Shown here: positions 18,530-26,555 of the stretch, piece after piece
How the letters are laid out: each line of letters begins with the position of its first letter
How positions within the stretch are numbered: position 1 is the stretch's first letter
DNA from: Victivallaceae bacterium
GTDB taxonomy: Bacteria; Verrucomicrobiota; Lentisphaeria; Victivallales; Victivallaceae
Assembly: GCA_024405675.1 (NCBI GenBank)
Contig: JAKSOH010000001.1
Location: forward strand, 22,748 to 86,747
DNA: 64,000 nucleotides
Direction of reading: 5' to 3'
The notes under the pieces: model-generated
Seen by the model: only the letters and a program-made list of their open reading frames with translations
Databases searched by the model: none
What the model was told of the DNA's origin: nothing
Position numbers and translations under genes: made by a program

Positions 18530-19550
18530 CTTCAGGAACTTCCAGTCGGCTTCGATATCGTTTTCCGGATCCGATGTCGTTCTCGTCGGACGCAACGGAT
18601 CCGGAAAGACAAATGTTCTCGAAGCCGTGAACCACCTGTCGATACTCAGGAGTTTTCGCGGAGCATCGGTACGCGAGGAAGTCAGGATCGGCGAATCTTC
18701 ATTCGTCATATCTTGCAAGCTGTATAACGGAATTTCAGAACGTTCCATAGCGGTCAGGGAGTATATTGCCGGTCGTCGTGAACTCATGATCGATTCTGTC
18801 CGCATATCGCGAAGCAGTGAATTCATAGGTGAATTCGGGTGCGTTCCCTTCGTTCCGGAGGACAAGGAGATTATATCAGGAAGTTCAGGTTTCCGCCGTC
18901 GTTTCTTCGACATGCTCATATCTACCGTTGACAGCAGGTATTTCTCGTCTCTAATGAGGTACCATCGTGCGCTGGAGCAGCGTAACGCCGCCCTTAGGAC
19001 CGGTAACATCGGCGCGGCTGAAGCGTTTGAAACCGAACTTGCAGATCAATTCGGCACCATATGTGCCGCTAGGGCCGATATGTCATCCATGGTTTCGGAT
19101 GAAATGTCCAGGCTTATGAGCGGAAGATATGTGTTTTCCATTGAATACCGTCCGTCACATTCCGGCGACCGGAAGTCATATCTCGAAAGATTCGTCGAAC
19201 TCCGTGATCGCGAGATAATGAAACGTCATACGTTGTTTGGTCCTCAACTCGACGAATTCGATTTTATACTGAACGGTCGCCCGTTGCGGGGATTTTGTTC
19301 CAACGGTCAGCAGCGCATTTCGGCCCTGATGCTCAGGCTTGCACAGTTCAATATGGTTAAAAATCATACCTCGATTCCGATAATAGCCCTTGTCGACGAC
19401 GTCACTGGAGAACTGGACGAGGATAATCTGGCATGTTTTCAACAATGCATTTCCAACGCCTCCCAGAGAATATATACTTTCGCCGAAATGCCGAAAAATC
19501 CTTCGTATTCGCCAGCTCAGGTGATAGACGTTTCATTCATTGCCGGTTGA
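18504..19550 (+). CDS. recF: DNA replication and repair protein RecF
   Basis: N-terminus L..L.L.NFRN plus Walker A GRNGSGKTNVLEA. SMC-like signature SNGQQR. Walker B ALVDDVTGELD. Overlaps the dnaN end by 26 nt. Confidence 0.9.
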   Translation: MLRELNLFNFRNFQSASISFSGSDVVLVGRNGSGKTNVLEAVNHLSILRSFRGASVREEVRIGESSFVISCKLYNGISERSIAVREYIAGRRELMIDSVRISRSSEFIGEFGCVPFVPEDKEIISGSSGFRRRFFDMLISTVDSRYFSSLMRYHRALEQRNAALRTGNIGAAEAFETELADQFGTICAARADMSSMVSDEMSRLMSGRYVFSIEYRPSHSGDRKSYLERFVELRDREIMKRHTLFGPQLDEFDFILNGRPLRGFCSNGQQRISALMLRLAQFNMVKNHTSIPIIALVDDVTGELDEDNLACFQQCISNASQRIYTFAEMPKNPSYSPAQVIDVSFIAG

Positions 19551-19574
19551 AAAAAATCCGTTTTAGTCTATATT
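19547..19574 (+). promoter_or_regulatory. putative sigma70 promoter for rpsO (TTGAAA-N16-TATATT)
   Basis: TTGAAA at 19547-19552 and TATATT at 19569-19574. Leaves a ~90-nt leader before the rpsO ATG. Confidence 0.5.
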
Positions 19575-19665
19575 AGGAGAACATCCGCGACAGTCGCGGT
19601 GAAACGGTCGTGGCGGTTCTTGTAAGCGAGCTGCCGGATTCGAAAATAAATCAAGGAGAAGAAGA

Positions 19666-19935
19666 ATGGACAAGGCAACGAAGACGGCTACAATAGCCAA
19701 GTTCGCCCGCAAGGATGGAGACACCGGATCCCCGGAAGTGCAGATAGCTCTGCTCAGCGGACGCATCAATGAACTTACAACTCATTTGAAATCAAATCCG
19801 AAGGACAATAGCACACGTCACGGATTGCTGGCCATGGTTGCTTTGAGAAAGCGTCTGCTCGCCTATCTCGAGCGCGAGAATCACGCCAAGTACATCGAGA
19901 TTACCGACGCGCTTAACATCCGTCGCACCAAGTAG
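19666..19935 (+). CDS. rpsO: 30S ribosomal protein S15
   Basis: 89 aa with a canonical S15 sequence (DTGSPEVQIALLSGRINELTTHLKSNPKDNSTRHGLL.MV..RKRLLAYL). AAGGAG RBS. Confidence 0.95.
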   Translation: MDKATKTATIAKFARKDGDTGSPEVQIALLSGRINELTTHLKSNPKDNSTRHGLLAMVALRKRLLAYLERENHAKYIEITDALNIRRTK

Positions 19936-19954
19936 TCGCGTACAGTAGATTTAC

Positions 19955-19996
19955 AAAACACCGCCCGGATATGATTGCCGGGCGGTGTTTTTTTTG
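19955..19996 (+). terminator. Rho-independent terminator after rpsO
   Basis: AAAACACCGCCCGG (19955-19968) pairs with CCGGGCGGTGTTTT (19978-91). 9-nt loop, followed by a T-run to 19995. Confidence 0.85.
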
Positions 19997-20054
19997 ATAT
20001 ACCGGGGTATTGTATTAGCGTTATAGGCGTAAGAACGCGCAGGAGACATTCAAA

Positions 20055-20324
20055 ATGGTTGAACGAAAGATTGTAGTAAGAAATCGCGCCGGCATCCATT
20101 GCCGTCCGTCCGGCATGATTATCAAGGCGCTGTCCGGATTTCCAGGATGCACTCTTCAAGTCTTGGTTGGAGATTTGTCAGTCAATGTGGCAGGTATGCT
20201 GGATCTGGTCTCATTGGCTATGGCATGCGGTACCGAGGCGACGATCCGGCTAGAAGGTCCTGGAGAGGAAAATGCCGTCAAAATGATTGGGGATCTGTTC
20301 GAGTACGAGTTCGACTTCAAGTAG
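20055..20324 (+). CDS. ptsH: HPr-family phosphocarrier protein (His15 present, Ser46 absent)
   Basis: 89 aa with AGGAG RBS. Active-site GIHCRPS (His15). The region aligned to B. subtilis VNLKSIMGVMSL reads VNVAGMLDLVSL, so Ser46 becomes Gly. Confidence 0.8.
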   Translation: MVERKIVVRNRAGIHCRPSGMIIKALSGFPGCTLQVLVGDLSVNVAGMLDLVSLAMACGTEATIRLEGPGEENAVKMIGDLFEYEFDFK

Positions 20325-20331
20325 CATTGCC

Positions 20332-22215
20332 ATGTTCCAGAAGCTAATTGGAACTGCGATTCGCCCGTCGTTGAGATGGATCGGTTCGCATTGGTTTTTG
20401 CTTATATCCTTGGCCGGATTGTTGTGGAGATTCGAATATCTCCGTGAATTCTCCACATCGCTGGTTTACGATATGGCCTTGGGGCCGGATGTTTCCGAAT
20501 ACCATGCGCGAGCCTTGGAAATCATGTCCGGAGTATTTCTTCCAAAAACGCCGGAAATGCATGCCCCGTTGTATAGCTGGTTCCTAGCCGCCATCTATTC
20601 GACATTCGGAGCAAGCGTTCCAATTGCCAGACTAATCCAGCTCTTCTTGGGATGGTTGGCGTGGATGGCGGCGGCAAGACTTGTTGGAAAGTGCGGATTC
20701 GGAACGGCCGTGGAGCTGACGTTTCTGGCTCTTGGCATGTTCTATCCAACTTCAATCTACTACACGGCGGAACTCTATAGCGAGTCCATAGCATCGTTGT
20801 TTACTGTGGCTTGCATGTGGATGCTGTGGCAATGCGAGACATCGGATGAACACTCCGCTGGAGCCGGATTTCTGGCCGGAGTTGCCGCTGGAGCCGGATG
20901 TCTGGTCCATGGTATGCTGCTCGTGTTTCCGGTAGTGTCGGCAATTTATCTCCTCGTACGCAGAAAATACCGCATCGCCATGCTATTTCTCCTTGGAACG
21001 CTGCTGGTGGTTGGTTCGGTCACGATATCTAAAAGTCTAAAATATAGATCGTTCCAAAGTGTGCAATCAGGCAGCGGATTCAACTACTGGCTTGGAAACA
21101 ATTCATATGCTGACGGAACTTGCTACATGCGTCCTGGACTGGAATGGAGAAGATTTCACCGTAAGGCCGGGGAGATGGCTTCCGCGCTTGGAGTTTCCAA
21201 GGACTGCTATTTCTATGTCCGAGCGTTTGAGTTCCAGACTACGCACCCGTTCAAAGCTATGGCGTTGCTGGCCAGGAAGATGTCGCTCGTCTGGTACGGT
21301 GCCGAACTTCTCTCAAGCGCCGACCCTGGCTTCCTGCTGTATCATACAACGATGATGGAGAAGAGCCGTTATTTTAATTTGGTTTTCATCTTCTTCTGCG
21401 GATTCGGCATCACGGTGTCGCTACTGCGCCGAGACGGAAGGTCCCGGTATTTTGCGTTGCTTGGAATTGCGGTGTATCTGGCTCAGGTGCTCACGGTGAC
21501 CAGTGGACGCTATCGGCAGATGATGGTCATTCCGGTGATACTGATGGCCGCGATAGGACTGACGTCATTTTGCTGGCGCCGCTGGTGGCCGGTGGTGCCA
21601 GTGCTGATCTGTCTGTCAGCCATGTATTATTTTTCCATCTCCGCTGGTCGTTTTGAGGCATGGGGAATACTTGGAGAGGCCGCCTACATGCGCGGCCGAT
21701 ACGATCAGGCGCACGATCTTGTCGTGGCCGCTTCGGTCGCGGATTGCAATCCAGATCCGTCGCGATACGGAAATCTGCTTGGCAATATCGCGGTAAAAAT
21801 GGGCGACTTTGACGAGGCTAGAAAAAGATATCTAGCCGTCATAAAGGAGGAACCGGAGAACTATCTCGCCTACATGAATCTCGGACTTGTTCCAGGAACC
21901 GAACACGAGGAATCGGAACGATTGTTGTTGAAAGCGGCTCGGCTTTCCCCTGAAAGCGGGGAGATATACTACAATCTCGGACTGCTTCGTAGCCGTGAAA
22001 ATCTTCCGAATGCCACGGAAGCCGCCTCGCGAGCGGTGGAACTCTCACCTGATCGTCCGGAGACATGGAATCTGCTCGGTGTGTGTTTGCTCAATGACGG
22101 TCGTCCGGCCGAGGCCGCCAGATGCTTCGAAGAGGCGTTGGTCATCAGCCCAGACAACACGGCCTACATGCAAAACCTGGGAACAGCCAGGGCAAGGATG
22201 CATCGGCGACCATAG
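20332..22215 (+). CDS. GT-C fold (ArnT/PMT-like, PMT_2) membrane glycosyltransferase with C-terminal TPR repeats
   Basis: First ATG at 20332. About 11 TM helices with a periplasmic first loop (YDMALGPDVSEYHARA, HAPLYSW). C-terminal ~190 aa carry TPR-like repeats (AYMRGRYDQA, GNIAVKMGDFDEA, YLAYMNLGL, YYNLGLL, WNLLGVCL). Confidence 0.7.
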   Translation: MFQKLIGTAIRPSLRWIGSHWFLLISLAGLLWRFEYLREFSTSLVYDMALGPDVSEYHARALEIMSGVFLPKTPEMHAPLYSWFLAAIYSTFGASVPIARLIQLFLGWLAWMAAARLVGKCGFGTAVELTFLALGMFYPTSIYYTAELYSESIASLFTVACMWMLWQCETSDEHSAGAGFLAGVAAGAGCLVHGMLLVFPVVSAIYLLVRRKYRIAMLFLLGTLLVVGSVTISKSLKYRSFQSVQSGSGFNYWLGNNSYADGTCYMRPGLEWRRFHRKAGEMASALGVSKDCYFYVRAFEFQTTHPFKAMALLARKMSLVWYGAELLSSADPGFLLYHTTMMEKSRYFNLVFIFFCGFGITVSLLRRDGRSRYFALLGIAVYLAQVLTVTSGRYRQMMVIPVILMAAIGLTSFCWRRWWPVVPVLICLSAMYYFSISAGRFEAWGILGEAAYMRGRYDQAHDLVVAASVADCNPDPSRYGNLLGNIAVKMGDFDEARKRYLAVIKEEPENYLAYMNLGLVPGTEHEESERLLLKAARLSPESGEIYYNLGLLRSRENLPNATEAASRAVELSPDRPETWNLLGVCLLNDGRPAEAARCFEEALVISPDNTAYMQNLGTARARMHRRP

Positions 22216-22217
22216 AA

Positions 22218-23240
22218 TCAGAACATGTTCTTGTCGAACACCGTGTCGCGCAAAAGACGCAGTTCCTCGGAACTCCTGAGGTCGGGATTGCAATCCTCGT
22301 CATCGAACACGCGCACGTGATCGACTTCAAAGTAATCCGGAAGCACCGCCTTGTCCAAGAGCGGGCTGGGCTTGTCGCCGCCGCGGTATCCATGGCATTC
22401 CGTGGTGATAAGTATGAACTGGTCGACCCAGGAAACCGGGCTGTACAACGTTCCGCCGCACGGCTTGCCGTCCTCGTCGAGAACCGGCGCAACCTTGCTC
22501 TTGTCTAGCGTGGTGCTACCGACCAGTTTGCCGTCGATGTAGAAATCGTATCCGGTCGGTTTCCAGTTGACGCCGTAGTAGTGCCAGTTGTCCGGTGTGT
22601 CATGGTGTTTCCAGCGCCAGTGTCCGCTACGATGCCCGGTCTTGCCATAGCCTCCCCAGATCGGTCCGCCGGTTATCTTGCGTTTGGTGTGGTACTGGTA
22701 GGTCTCCATGACGTCTACCTCGACGCCGCAGTAGGCTGGATTCGGATGGGATCCCACTCCTGGGGCTTGGATCCAGAACGCGCTGTGCCAGCCATCGTGT
22801 TTCGGAAGCTTGCATCGTATCTCGTAGTATCCGAACTTGTGCATGAATTTCGGTTTCTCGTATACTCCGAACGGCCAGAATTTCTTCGCATCGTCCGGAT
22901 GCTTAGGGATGTCGTAGGTAAGGCTTCCGGTCTGAAGCTGGGCCGAGCAGTAGTGGCCATCCGGTAGCCGCACGAGATTCAGCCGCAGCGATCCGTCCTT
23001 GACCTCGACGCCCTTGTCGCTGAACGGGCGGAACGGCTTCCCCCAGAAATTAGTTCTGAACAACCACTTGGACATGTCGAGCGAATCTCCGTCGAACTCG
23101 TCGCTCCAGACAAGTTTCCATTTTTTGCCGGTCGGTACCAGGCTGTCGGCGTGTCCGCCGATTTTGAACACTTCAGTCTCGTCCGACGAGATGACTGGAA
23201 ATGCGATGACGGCGGCCAGCAATGCGGCAATCTTTCTCAT
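22218..23240 (-). CDS. glycoside hydrolase family 16 (beta-glucanase/laminarinase-like), exported
   Basis: Signal peptide. EFDG motif. Catalytic ExDxxE as GVEVDVMET. HSAFWIQ strand typical of GH16. Confidence 0.85.
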   Translation of the reverse strand: MRKIAALLAAVIAFPVISSDETEVFKIGGHADSLVPTGKKWKLVWSDEFDGDSLDMSKWLFRTNFWGKPFRPFSDKGVEVKDGSLRLNLVRLPDGHYCSAQLQTGSLTYDIPKHPDDAKKFWPFGVYEKPKFMHKFGYYEIRCKLPKHDGWHSAFWIQAPGVGSHPNPAYCGVEVDVMETYQYHTKRKITGGPIWGGYGKTGHRSGHWRWKHHDTPDNWHYYGVNWKPTGYDFYIDGKLVGSTTLDKSKVAPVLDEDGKPCGGTLYSPVSWVDQFILITTECHGYRGGDKPSPLLDKAVLPDYFEVDHVRVFDDEDCNPDLRSSEELRLLRDTVFDKNMF

Positions 23241-23252
23241 GTCTATTCGCTC

Positions 23253-23774
23253 CTATATGAACCTGTAGTTGTGTGCCTCGAGTGTAATTACGGCGAAATG
23301 GCAACCGAATCTGAACGTCCATTTCAACGCCGCGGCAAGCGCAAGAACCGGATCTACGTCGGCCATCGATTTGCTGTCCTGCATGAAGTCCCAGAAATTC
23401 TGGGCGGCCGTCACCGGGAACTTCGAGGCCTTGAAAGCTTCCGCCAGCGTGTCGTCAGCGTAGATCGGTATATGTCCGTCAAACAATCCGAGAACGTCAA
23501 AGTCTTCTTCCTTGTGATTAGCAAAGTTGGTCACCCATTCCGCGGCTTTTCCAAAGATGAACGCGAAAGCCGACGATATCTCGTCCGGGGACAGTTCGCC
23601 GCGGCCATCTTCCGATCTTTCCCGCAATTTCTTGAGCACCAGAACAATCAGCTTCTTCTCCGCTTCCGAAAACGCCGGGTCGATGGTCACCGGAGAATCC
23701 AGCAGTCCGCATTTTTCCGCCGCTTCCACCACTGTTTTTGCAACGGCCGTCATTGTGATGTTTTCATTATTCAT
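23253..23774 (-). CDS. hypothetical acidic cytoplasmic protein
   Basis: 173-aa ORF with GGAGAG RBS. No signal peptide and no motif recognised. Confidence 0.55.
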   Translation of the reverse strand: MNNENITMTAVAKTVVEAAEKCGLLDSPVTIDPAFSEAEKKLIVLVLKKLRERSEDGRGELSPDEISSAFAFIFGKAAEWVTNFANHKEEDFDVLGLFDGHIPIYADDTLAEAFKASKFPVTAAQNFWDFMQDSKSMADVDPVLALAAALKWTFRFGCHFAVITLEAHNYRFI

Positions 23775-23832
23775 TTCAACTCTCCGCAGTTGTATCGGTT
23801 ATGATGACAATATACACCGGAGTACCGATTTT

Positions 23833-24021
23833 TCATTGCGTCCGGTTTCCCTTGCGGTCGAATCCCATCTTCTGCATCATGCAGGACAGGCTTTTTTCAT
23901 GCTGGGCCCTGGAGATCGCCCCATTCTTCAGAAAGGTGTCCAGGAGTTCGACCTGTCGCAGGAAGAGTTTCCGCAACTTGTCGTCCGGGGACGGCGCGGC
24001 AGGTTTCCGACGATCGTTCAT
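23833..24021 (-). CDS. small hypothetical protein translationally coupled to hrpB
   Basis: 62 aa. Its ATG overlaps the hrpB stop (ATGA at 24018-24021). Basic N-terminus followed by a predicted helical segment LRKLFLRQVELLDTFLKNGAISRAQHEKSL. Confidence 0.45.
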   Translation of the reverse strand: MNDRRKPAAPSPDDKLRKLFLRQVELLDTFLKNGAISRAQHEKSLSCMMQKMGFDRKGNRTQ

Positions 24022-26432
24022 TTGTCCCCCTTGCGTTTCACGGTTCTCGTCGTCGGAGCGGAATCCAACGGATTTTCCGGCCAGATGTGTTTGGGGTACC
24101 GGCTGCGCATCTCCTTACGTACCGCCGCCCAGCCGTTTCGCCAGAATCCAGGAAGATCACTTGTCACCTGGATTGGCCTTCCGGCCGGCGACAGGAGTTC
24201 AATCCTAAGCGGAGTCCGGTTTCTACCGGCGGTCGGATGAACCGCGGTTCCGAAGAGTTCCTGGACCTTGGCGGAAATCGTCGGACGCTCCCCGGAGTAG
24301 TCGATACGATGCACCGCTCCGGCCGGCGTCTTGAACGAACCGGGGTAGTCCTTTTCAAGCTCCCGGAACGTTTCCACCGGCATCATTCCGAGCAGCACCG
24401 CGTCCCAGCGCACGCCAAGTAGATCAGCCCGGCTACGGCATTCACCGAGCAATGGTATCGCCTGTCTCAGCATGTCCGGCCATTTTTTATCGCTCCAGTC
24501 CGGATACCGCTCCGGATCGTCGGCGAACGCATATCTCACTCTGTCAAGCAGCGCTGCGCCTGGGGTTCCTGCGGTGGGAAGATCGATGCGTCTGCGGATG
24601 GCGTCCTCCACAAGCGCCGCGGCGAGAACAGACGGATCCGCCGTGATTTGCTTGCGTTCTACGACAATCGCTCCGAATCTTGTTTCGTTCCAGCCCACGG
24701 CTCGTCCGGAGTCCGATATTTCAACTGAGGACTGGCTCTCGAACATCTCCGGGAAATTGTCCTCGATGTCGCTAAAATCCAGCGGTGCGGCCATCCTGAT
24801 GATGCTTTCGCCGGAACCACGTCCGTCGACCGCAGCGACTGCGATGAAGTCGCAACCGACGAGATCTCCGGGATCGGCCGTTTTCGCGCCACCCGAACCA
24901 GCCATGAGAAAGTCGGTTCCGTATGCGGTTCGGCGTCTTGCAATCCATTCCGGAAAAGCAAATGCCACGGCGAGTCCGGCCGCTTCATCATCATGTCCAT
25001 GGCATCCGATTTGCTCGCGAAGCCTGGCCGCGGTCTTCGCTGTTTCGCCTCGCCGCCGGCGCATTTCGTTCAGTGCGAGGCGAAGATCGACGGCGTCTGG
25101 TTTCCTGCGCTCCTCCAAAATGGCCGCTATGTCGCAGGCCGTTCCCCCGAAACCGGCTTCTTTCGACCGGATAAGCATCGCGGCCAGGCGGGGATGCACC
25201 GGCAGACGCGCCATTTCCAAGCCTAGCCCGGTTATCATGCGTCGATCGTCCAGCGCCCCGATTTTCACCAGAAGTTCTTCGGCGGCCTTCAATGTGGCCA
25301 CCGGCGGTGCGGTCAGCCACTGCAGTTTTTCAGGAATCGTACCCCAGGCGGCCACTTGTAACCTTAGTGGAGCGAGGTCGCAGTCGGAAATCTCCGGGCG
25401 ATTTCCTACTGGGAATCCGCGTTCGTCATCCTTGCAGTACAACCGGATGGCCAGTCCCTCTCCGCAACGCGCCGCGCGTCCTGAACGCTGCGTAGCCGAA
25501 TGCATTGAAATACGCTGCGGTTCCAGAAATGACAATCCGGCTCCGGGATTGTATCGCGGACGTTTCTCCCAGCCGGAATCGACCACGGTGGTGATTCCGG
25601 GCACGGTCAGGCTGCTTTCGGCCACATTGGTGGACAGCACGATCCTGCGCTTGGCGTTCGGATTTCGACGCAACGCCTGGTTCTGACGTTCCACGGTAAG
25701 TCCGCCGTGCAGTTCAATGATTTCCGCATCGCATTCCGATAGCATCGCGGCGGCTGTCGATATCTCCCTGGTCCCCGGCAGAAAGGCGAGTATGTCTCCG
25801 CGGGATTCCCCGAGTATTTCCTTTACGGCCAGCGCCACGTGTCTCGGACAGTCGCGAACATCGGACGAACCGCGTCCCCTTCTGATTTCCAATGGGTATA
25901 GCCGGCCTGGAATGTCGATGACATCGGCTCCGATGAACGCGGCGACGGCTCCGGAATCCAGTGTGGCCGACATTATCGTTAGCAGGAGGTCCGGTCTCAG
26001 GTTGCGTTTGGCGTCCGAAAGTAAGGCCAGCGCGACGTCCGCCTCGCATTGCCTTTCATGGAACTCGTCGAGAACAACGGCGCCGATGCCGTCCAGCAGC
26101 GGGTTGTCCTGCAGCATGTTGAGCAGCACGCCTGGAGTTACGGCCAGCAGCCTTGTCTCCGGACTCCGGCGGCTTTCTCCCCTCACGGCATATCCGATGG
26201 TCTTGCCGACGGTTTCGCCGCGGAGCTCGGCGATGCGGCATGCGGCCGCGCGGGCAGCCAACCGGCGCGGCTCCATAAGGAGGACGATTCCATTGGCGAT
26301 ATCGAGCAGATGTTCCGGAATCAGCGTTGTCTTTCCAGCGCCTGGGGAGGCGGTCACCACGATGGCGCCGCGCTCCTTGAGTTTGCGTCCTATCTCGGGA
26401 AGTTTGCCCAGTACTGGAAGATCGATGTCCAC
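24018..26432 (-). CDS. hrpB: ATP-dependent RNA helicase HrpB (DEAH-box)
   Basis: Motifs SPGAGKTT, VVLDEFHER (DEFH), SATL, TNVAESSLTVPGI, QRSGRAAR. C-terminal HrpB domain. Start reassigned to GTG 26432 (GAGGAG 5 nt upstream), which aligns with the E. coli HrpB N-terminus. The tracked ATG 26501 is probably too long. Confidence 0.9.
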   Translation of the reverse strand: MDIDLPVLGKLPEIGRKLKERGAIVVTASPGAGKTTLIPEHLLDIANGIVLLMEPRRLAARAAACRIAELRGETVGKTIGYAVRGESRRSPETRLLAVTPGVLLNMLQDNPLLDGIGAVVLDEFHERQCEADVALALLSDAKRNLRPDLLLTIMSATLDSGAVAAFIGADVIDIPGRLYPLEIRRGRGSSDVRDCPRHVALAVKEILGESRGDILAFLPGTREISTAAAMLSECDAEIIELHGGLTVERQNQALRRNPNAKRRIVLSTNVAESSLTVPGITTVVDSGWEKRPRYNPGAGLSFLEPQRISMHSATQRSGRAARCGEGLAIRLYCKDDERGFPVGNRPEISDCDLAPLRLQVAAWGTIPEKLQWLTAPPVATLKAAEELLVKIGALDDRRMITGLGLEMARLPVHPRLAAMLIRSKEAGFGGTACDIAAILEERRKPDAVDLRLALNEMRRRRGETAKTAARLREQIGCHGHDDEAAGLAVAFAFPEWIARRRTAYGTDFLMAGSGGAKTADPGDLVGCDFIAVAAVDGRGSGESIIRMAAPLDFSDIEDNFPEMFESQSSVEISDSGRAVGWNETRFGAIVVERKQITADPSVLAAALVEDAIRRRIDLPTAGTPGAALLDRVRYAFADDPERYPDWSDKKWPDMLRQAIPLLGECRSRADLLGVRWDAVLLGMMPVETFRELEKDYPGSFKTPAGAVHRIDYSGERPTISAKVQELFGTAVHPTAGRNRTPLRIELLSPAGRPIQVTSDLPGFWRNGWAAVRKEMRSRYPKHIWPENPLDSAPTTRTVKRKGDK

Positions 26433-26555
26433 GACGGCTCCTCTTTCATATGTGGTTCGCGGGTAACATACATGCGCGCGTTGAATTTTTCCTGCGTCCA
26501 AGGTAACTTAGTCCATGTTGTAATAAACAAATATTTGACATTTCGGAGGACGATC

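Noticed and set aside
26049-26555. 169-codon 5' extension of the MltF-like ORF in the track
   Set aside because: It lies antisense inside hrpB and has no signal peptide. The internal ATG at 26556 has a GGAGGA RBS and is followed immediately by a lipoprotein signal.
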